Source: Cyanidioschyzon merolae (taxonomy: Eukaryota). Taken from it: 64,000 nucleotides of DNA. The stretch is from assembly GCA_000091205.1 (NCBI GenBank), contig AP006493.2; one strand, 5' to 3'. Below, one piece after another: positions 54,334-64,000 of this stretch. Both the position numbers and the translations under genes were made by a program. How positions within the stretch are numbered: the first letter of the stretch is position 1; every line of letters begins with the position of its first letter. The notes beneath the pieces are model-generated. The model ran no database searches. It was not told the origin of the DNA and saw only the letters and a program-made list of their open reading frames with translations.

Positions 54334-56646
54334 TTACTTCTTTGATGAGCGCGAGCCACCGAATTTCTCCAGTAGCTCTTTCTCAATATTTGGCGGTACT
54401 GGTTCGTATTTCTCGAAGAACATGGTGTAATTCGCTCGACCTTTGCTCATACTGCGCAGGGCCGAAACGTACTGAAACATTTCTGATAGTGGCACGAGCG
54501 CCTTGACGACTTTCAGGGCTCCACGATCCCCGATTTCATTGATCAAACCTCGTCGCGAGTTGATATCGCCCACGACATTGCTCAGGTACTCTTCGGGGGT
54601 TGTCACCTCTAGGCGCATGATGGGCTCCATGATGCGCGGTTTGCAACGGGGAATCCCCTCTCGAAACGCAGCGCGGGTGGCAATTTCGAACGCGAGAACC
54701 GAAGAATCAACCTCGTGGTACGCGCCATCGATCAGTCGAGCTTTCAGTCCCAAAAGTGGAGCACCAATGAGCACGCCTGACGACATTTCGGATTCAAGTG
54801 CCTTGGTTATGCCGACGAAATACTCTTTCGGCACCGAGCCGCCCTTGATCTCAGAAACGAAAACGAAGTCTTCACCGCTGGCTGCCTCCTCCGGTGAGAG
54901 AGGTTCGAAAATAATCTTCACGCGAGCAAACTGACCGCTCCCGCCAGACTGCTTCTTGTGCGTGTAGTCGATCTCGCCTCTGGTTGTGATACACTCACGA
55001 TAGGCGACCTGCGGGGCACCTACCTTGCAGTCTACCTTGAATTCCCGTTTCATGCGGTCCACAATGATTTCCAAGTGGAGTTCACCCATGCCCGAAATAA
55101 TGGTTTGTCCGGTCTCCTCGTCTCGCTTGAAGCGGAAGGACGGGTCCTCGGAGGCGAGCTTCGCGAGCGCGACGCCCATCTTCTCGTTATCGGCCTTGCT
55201 GGATGCCTCTACGGCAACAGAAATGACTGGTTCTGGGAAGACCATGCGCTCCAAAACAACCGGGTTGTCGACATCGCAAAGCGTGTCACCAGTAGTGGTG
55301 TCTTTCAGCCCTGCAATGGCCACGATGTCTCCTGATCGCGCAGTTTCAATGTCCTTGCGCTCATCGGCGTGCATTTGGAGCAGCCGCCCGATTCTTTCCT
55401 TAATGTTCTTGGTTGGATTCAGTACTGTATCGCCCTTGCGAATGACACCCGAGTACACCCGGCAAAAGGTCAGCGTTCCCACAAAGGGATCAGTTAGGAC
55501 CTTGAAGGCTAAAGCCGAGAATGGCTCGCGATCACTAGTTGCTCGATATATCTCCTTCTCACCGTCAACGGAGACACCTCGCACGTGCTCTACATCAAGC
55601 GGTGACGGCAGATACTCGACAACAGCGTCAAGCAAGGTCTGCACTCCCTTGTTCTTGAATGCGGATCCGCACAATACAGGCACAAACTGGATTTTGCAGG
55701 TGCCGTTGCGAATAAGTGCGCGCAACTCGTCTACACCGAATTCCTGCCCTTCGAGATACTTCTCCAACGCTTTTTCATCGGACTCCGCAACGGCTTCAAT
55801 CAACTTCTCGCGCCATTCTTGAGCTTGCGCTTTAAGAGAATCCCGGATTGGTCGGCGTTCGTACTTGGATCCGAATTCATCGCCCAGCCACACGACTTCC
55901 TCCATGTTCACAAGGTCTATGACACCCTCAAAGTTCGACTCTGAACCGATCGGCAACTGAATCACCGCGGGTACCGCATTTAGCTGCTTGCGAATCTCGT
56001 CCACGCACCGGAAGAAGTCGGCACCCACGCGATCCATCTTGTTGATGAAGCAAATACGCGGTACTCGATAGCGATCAGCCTGCCGCCAAACAGTTTCCGA
56101 CTGGGGTTCGACGCCGGACACCGCATCAAACACAGCGATAGCACCGTCAAGCACGCGCATAGAGCGCTCCACTTCAATAGTAAAGTCCACGTGCCCTGGT
56201 GTGTCAATTATGTTAATTTGGTGATTGCGCCAGAAGCAGGTCGTTGCTGCAGAAGTTATGGTGATACCGCGTTCCCTCTCCTGCTCCATATAGTCCATCA
56301 CCGCGGTTCCTTCGTGAACCTCACCAATTTTGTGCGTTATTCCCGTGTACAACAGAATTCGCTCCGTCGTCGTCGTCTTCCCAGCGTCAATGTGCGCTGC
56401 GATACCAATGTTGCGCACAGTCTCCAGGGGGACAACACGACCAGCAACTTCTTCTTCTGTTGCGACAGCCATGCGAGTACTGCGCGCGCCACAGCGAACG
56501 GCGGGCCTTGGGAGCCAGCGCCGCATCGACGGGGTGAACGACGCCGTACGGCTCGCTACGAGTTGCGGTACACTGAAGCGTGCAGGCCTCCGACAGTCTC
56601 CCCTCGCTGCGACATTAGTTATGCTTGGTGCAGCGAAAATGAACAT
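54334..56646 (-). CDS. Bacterial/plastid-type translation elongation factor G (nuclear-encoded, organelle-targeted) with an N-terminal targeting extension
   Basis: [53 protein letters not shown]...[28 protein letters not shown]...ICFINKMDR is near-identical in pattern to bacterial FusA ([25 protein letters not shown]...) and unlike mitochondrial EF-G1. An Arg/Ser-rich presequence of about 60 aa precedes the G domain. Confidence 0.95.
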   Translation of the reverse strand: MFIFAAPSITNVAARGDCRRPARFSVPQLVASRTASFTPSMRRWLPRPAVRCGARSTRMAVATEEEVAGRVVPLETVRNIGIAAHIDAGKTTTTERILLYTGITHKIGEVHEGTAVMDYMEQERERGITITSAATTCFWRNHQINIIDTPGHVDFTIEVERSMRVLDGAIAVFDAVSGVEPQSETVWRQADRYRVPRICFINKMDRVGADFFRCVDEIRKQLNAVPAVIQLPIGSESNFEGVIDLVNMEEVVWLGDEFGSKYERRPIRDSLKAQAQEWREKLIEAVAESDEKALEKYLEGQEFGVDELRALIRNGTCKIQFVPVLCGSAFKNKGVQTLLDAVVEYLPSPLDVEHVRGVSVDGEKEIYRATSDREPFSALAFKVLTDPFVGTLTFCRVYSGVIRKGDTVLNPTKNIKERIGRLLQMHADERKDIETARSGDIVAIAGLKDTTTGDTLCDVDNPVVLERMVFPEPVISVAVEASSKADNEKMGVALAKLASEDPSFRFKRDEETGQTIISGMGELHLEIIVDRMKREFKVDCKVGAPQVAYRECITTRGEIDYTHKKQSGGSGQFARVKIIFEPLSPEEAASGEDFVFVSEIKGGSVPKEYFVGITKALESEMSSGVLIGAPLLGLKARLIDGAYHEVDSSVLAFEIATRAAFREGIPRCKPRIMEPIMRLEVTTPEEYLSNVVGDINSRRGLINEIGDRGALKVVKALVPLSEMFQYVSALRSMSKGRANYTMFFEKYEPVPPNIEKELLEKFGGSRSSKK

Positions 56647-59478
<2,832 letters not shown>

Positions 59479-62400
59479 ATGCCCTTTTAGCGTTGTGGGG
59501 GCAGAAGGAACCACTCTGTGTAGCTGTACAAGCTTCTGGAGTTTTCTCGCGTGAAGCTTGTCTCTCGTAATACCTCGCTATCCTCAAGAATATATGTGGA
59601 GTTTGCGTACTCGACAAAAGCTTTTCGTTCCGCTTAAGCCTTGCTCTGTTTCTTTACATCTTACGTCTTACTTTAAGATCGAGTGCCTGACAGGCTATGC
59701 GGCGTCATTGGAGCTTTTCGAATTTCCTGAAAACACATCCATGAATCAAAAGCGATACACTCAGACCACACGCACGGCTGGCTATGCCAAGGGCCCACGA
59801 AAGCGCACCAGGGCGGGCGTGGTTTTCTCGTGGTACCGCGAACCGTGCGACTGCGAACGCGTGCACGTCCTGGGTTTTCCAGCTCCACAGGTTCGCCGAA
59901 CGCTTGCTACGCAGAGGTGCCGAGCACCGACGCGAACAGACTGCTGGTGCTGTGCTCCTGATACGTGCTGTTGAGATGGAGGCGGAGCACATACGTTCTA
60001 CACAGTGCAGTGAATTCTAGAATAGATGTACTGGCACAATTTTCGTTCTTGTTTACTTTTCTCGTACATGTTCAATAAAATGAATGTATCCTGCGACATG
60101 AAAAGAGGATGCCAAAAGACTTTGTTGTCAATGGTAACTTGTGAAAACGACCTTACTTGTACAAGACAGTGATGCTACCGTCAGAAAATACGTGAACCGC
60201 GCTTCTTGTAGTCCTTATCCAGAGCATCGTGTAATCAAACCAGAAGTTATCACACTTTTCAAGCGCAAGATTGTCGTCCCGGTAATGCATTCCAATCCGT
60301 ACGTTCTCTCCGAAATTCTAGCAAAGAAGTGAGAGGATGGAAAGATTCTGTATCCATGGCACGAATCGATATGAAGAGACATGTATGGACGAAGAGAAAG
60401 GCGCGCTTCTCGGGGAAAGCGTCATGCGTTGAACAACACACACTAGATTCCGTATTGAAACGCGAACGCTAATTTCTGCGGGGACGGATATTCTTCTCAT
60501 TCGATAAGCGTGCAGTCTGGAAACAATGTAGTCCTGAATATGTGTCCAAAACGATTGGCAAACTGCTGTTTCTACAACAGAAAGAAGCAGAATGACAACG
60601 ACACTAGCCATAGCGGCGATGCTGTTGTGTGGTCGCCTGCATATCGCCAACCGGACGGGATCGTCCAACACCTCATCCTTCGTCAAAGCACCTCGTAGCT
60701 TCCATGTCCCACGTTATTCTGCCCTAGCCTACGACAACGTCGCTGTGCATAAGTAGAAAGCTGTCAACAAGTACGCAACTGAGATTTGCGATGAGCTGCT
60801 GTTCGTACCAGACTACACTTTTCATTTCAATCCAATCGGAAGCAACTCCTTCGCTGTCTCACATCATTTTTAGGCTCATAGAACAACATGCGTGTCGTTC
60901 GTAGGTCTGAAACCGCTCTTCGACGGGTAATGCTCTCTCTGCAGCAGCTCTCAAGTGCTTTGTTGCTTCTCTCTTCGTGCATGAGATGGAGCGGAAAAGC
61001 GCGTTCCTGTCCACTGACGTGCTCGCTACGGGGAAGGTGACGAAAAAGTGCTCGAGGAAGAGATAATACATACGTAGAACAGGCGAGCTTCGGCCCCAAG
61101 TCCATCCAATTCGTCTAAATCCCGAAGGAAAAACAGATTTAGATCATGGCAACCACGGAAATGTCACCCCGTATAGCACAGGAGAAGGTGAAGAAATCAT
61201 CGGACAAAGAAGAGAATGAGCTGCTCCCAAAGGTGCAACCAAGAAGGACAACAAGAAAAGACTGTCGGATCGGAAAGATATCTACGGATCCGTCCTGAAG
61301 CCGTCGTAATAAACGACGTTCATGGTGAGGATCTTCCAAAACGAGTGATGCGGGGCGCCATTCGGGATCGTGAGGCTTTGTACACGAAGCGGGCTCGCAT
61401 AACCTCTCTCAGGTTGCGGCGTCTCGTTGAAAAACTGTTTTTCGGAGGTCTGGACTCAGGCCTGCCAGCTGTCCGAATTCCTCTCGAATTCTCCTGTTGA
61501 ACCATCGTGCGCCAACTGATGCTCTGAACAGTTGATGCAAAACCGTCTTATCGCAGGATCCATGATATGCACACATGCTTCCGAGAATAGCTTGACGCGT
61601 CTCCGCGACATGCAGGTGGTCGCCTCATCACCAGCGCCCGTGGTAGAAAGCATCAGAGCAATCCAGAAATCATGTGTTGGTAAATTTAGAGCTCTTCATG
61701 GGTTGCAGCCTGTGGACGTTGCACTAGTGATAGCCGCATTATGCTGGCCCAGAAAAGCAGCGCAGAATGGAAACGTTTCATGCGGCATCGACAGATGCAA
61801 ATGAGTAGCTGGTGGTTTCGGAAGCGTTCGAGTTCGCAACGAGCATGAAAGATATGCGGCACGGAGAGCAGGAGTCGCTTCAGATCGACCAAACTCATCG
61901 TACTGCTCTTGGGTAAGTACCGACAACGGTTGCATCCAAAGGATGTTCGGAACTTGATGCCGAATTTCCTAGCATCATGCGCCTCTTCGTGTTTTCGAGC
62001 AGCGCGCTCCGGAGCAGACCAGATTGTATCGACGGTAAGCGAGCGCCCTCAGCTTCTCAAGCCGCTTTTCCTTATGGTCTGCACATGTCGCATCAGAGAT
62101 CACAATATCAAAGTAGACACTTCTATACGCTACTGCGCTGTAAAGCCTCTAGAGTAAGCTGCAGCTTTTCTCTGCAAGAAACCATGAAGCATTCGAACAG
62201 GTTTGCGAATAGCACTGACGATATCCATTCACGGTTTCTCGTTTACACAGGGAAAATAGGAGGCACATAATAGGGATGATGGAGAACGACGGCATCTATA
62301 TTTGTACGCGCTTTGTGAAAACTAGGCCTGAGTCAAACACAGGGACTCGCATTTAACCTTTCAAAGCACATGAAAAAGCGAAAGACGCTGCCGTGGGCGT

Positions 62401-62533
62401 GCATCCAGTGTTGAAAACCGACATCGCCGGTGCCGTGTCTCAAACTCAGGAGGAGGGAGCCAATGATCCGAATGGAAAGCATTCGAAGCTCGTGAACGTT
62501 TCCAAGAATCCATAACATCGAGATGCGGGTATC

Positions 62534-63196
62534 ATGCACGGCAGGAGACATGTCAACAAGTCCAGTGAGCGTGTCACGAGGTGTCCTGTGCTCGGAACAC
62601 CATATCGTGCAGTGCGGAATGCTTTGTGCGGTTCAGTCAGAGCGCACCTGATCGTCTACGAGGCTTATGCGGATGAACGTTGGCAGTGGTACACGAGATG
62701 GTGCTATGGATGTCGAAGGTTTCGGTTATTTGATGGCAACGAGCGAGCACTCGCAAAGCTGTTCGACGAGTTGGAAAGCGACACGGCCGATAGTACGCGT
62801 CGTATGGTGGTAGTCCGTGGCGCTGGGCGTTTACTAGTACGCAACTGCGGCACTCCTGCAACTTCGACGAGTCCGTGCAACGAGTGCAGGAATCGGATCC
62901 CTAGAGTGCTTATCGATACGTCCGGAAGGATGGATATGCACCATGAGCGCGGGTGCACGCTGAAACTGGTAAAGGAGAAGAAGCGTGTGAAACAGAGACC
63001 GCCGGATGAGAGGGTGCGCTGTAGCTTGATCGACCGTCATTCGAAGAAGCAGCCGACTTTGAGACACTTCCTATGGTGCGATGCTACCGGCGACAATACA
63101 AGCAAGCGCTTTCTTCGTCGAATCGTGAACGCCTTGATCAGTAGGCGGGACAGCGTTTTGCCTCTGGAGCGTCCACCAAGTTTATGTTTAGCGTGA
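62534..63196 (+). CDS. Possible Cys-rich small protein (220 aa); function unknown; weak call
   Basis: It is the only ORF longer than 200 aa in the AT-richer 3' part of the window and has several C-x-x-C-like pairs (CGTPATSTSPCNEC). No homology is recognised, so it could be a non-coding ORF. Confidence 0.25.
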   Translation: MHGRRHVNKSSERVTRCPVLGTPYRAVRNALCGSVRAHLIVYEAYADERWQWYTRWCYGCRRFRLFDGNERALAKLFDELESDTADSTRRMVVVRGAGRLLVRNCGTPATSTSPCNECRNRIPRVLIDTSGRMDMHHERGCTLKLVKEKKRVKQRPPDERVRCSLIDRHSKKQPTLRHFLWCDATGDNTSKRFLRRIVNALISRRDSVLPLERPPSLCLA

Positions 63197-64000
63197 TTGA
63201 GAGAGCATTTTTTGGTACTCGGTGTAAGCATTGTACTGACGCGCTGAAGACGCACGATGCAACAAAATCTGTGGCCAAGACAGAGAAGATTGCGTACTCG
63301 CACGGAGCGAGGCACTGGTGCGGTACGGTTCAGATGGCCAGCGAGACTAGGGCTCCTCATACATACACATTGATAGATTTTCGGTGCTCTTAGTGAATCA
63401 TAACGGTGTTCCATCATTCGATATACCAGAGAATATTTGCAAAAGTCGATGTGCGTCATAAAATGCATGTCGTGACAGGTTCCCCAGACTATCAGCCTTG
63501 CGTTGCTTCGCTCGCAACAGCCTCGATGTAGACGATTTGGCTGGTTGTTCACCTACATGGTTTCGCTTCACCCAACTTAGAATACAACGGAACAGGCCCC
63601 GCACCAAGGGCGTACACGGTAAAGTTTGGAGCTTTTACCCTTGACATGGACACAAATAGGTCAGGGGAATTTTTCTGCGACTGCTTCCTCTAACTTTCCA
63701 CGGTCTCAGACATCAAATACGCCGGCCTCCTTTCGCGCTCCAGCTCCGCTGTCAGCACCTGCAGATTGTTGCAGTCACTGGTAATGCTCTAGTTTCGCAG
63801 CTGCCGGGTGTTCTGCACGGATTTCATGTATGAGCGGAAGTTGCGATCTGCGCTTCGTTTGCCATTTTCATCTTCGTTAGATAAAGACTCAGTGCGCCCT
63901 ATAAATGCGGTGACACGTGGACTTGGCAAGGTGTTCCCTGATGTCCAGTGTACCACCTTCCCCGAGAGCCGCCTTGTGGCACGAAGAAGCTCGCTCCATC

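Overview
This window reads as nuclear DNA from a GC-rich, intron-poor eukaryote, most likely an alga with a primary plastid, not a prokaryote. Supporting this, a plant-type phytoene desaturase and a D-glycerate 3-kinase carry N-terminal Ser/Arg/Ala-rich extensions with no ER signal peptide; a bacterial-type EF-G and a RelA/SpoT-homolog ppGpp synthetase further point to plastid-derived functions, but an RSH transit peptide and EF-G targeting are not established. I can assign 14 long, mostly single-exon genes: enolase (partial), TAF10, DNA2, TSG101/Vps23, DSS1/Sem1, a bacterial-type metzincin protease, mitochondrial enoyl-CoA hydratase, IMPACT, D-glycerate 3-kinase, a Mad3/BUBR1-like checkpoint protein with KEN boxes and a degenerate kinase, an RSH (ppGpp synthetase), plastid-type EF-G and PDS, plus three large proteins I cannot name. 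The most unusual structure is a pair of ~768-bp, ~98%-identical inverted repeats (16851-17618 and 42181-42945) that bracket a 24.5-kb block of ordinary housekeeping genes. The ends of each repeat (TGTT...AACA) look like LTR termini, so these may be solo LTRs that could support flip-flop inversion. Other findings are a decayed LINE (APE-endonuclease plus RT fragment), a conserved ~105-bp non-coding element found upstream of two unrelated genes and tandemly triplicated at one of them, a 112-bp minisatellite, coding tri-nucleotide microsatellites, and an AT-rich gene-poor island. I could not find convincing tRNA or rRNA genes by eye. Every homology call rests on remembered family motifs seen in the supplied translations, and no database search was possible.
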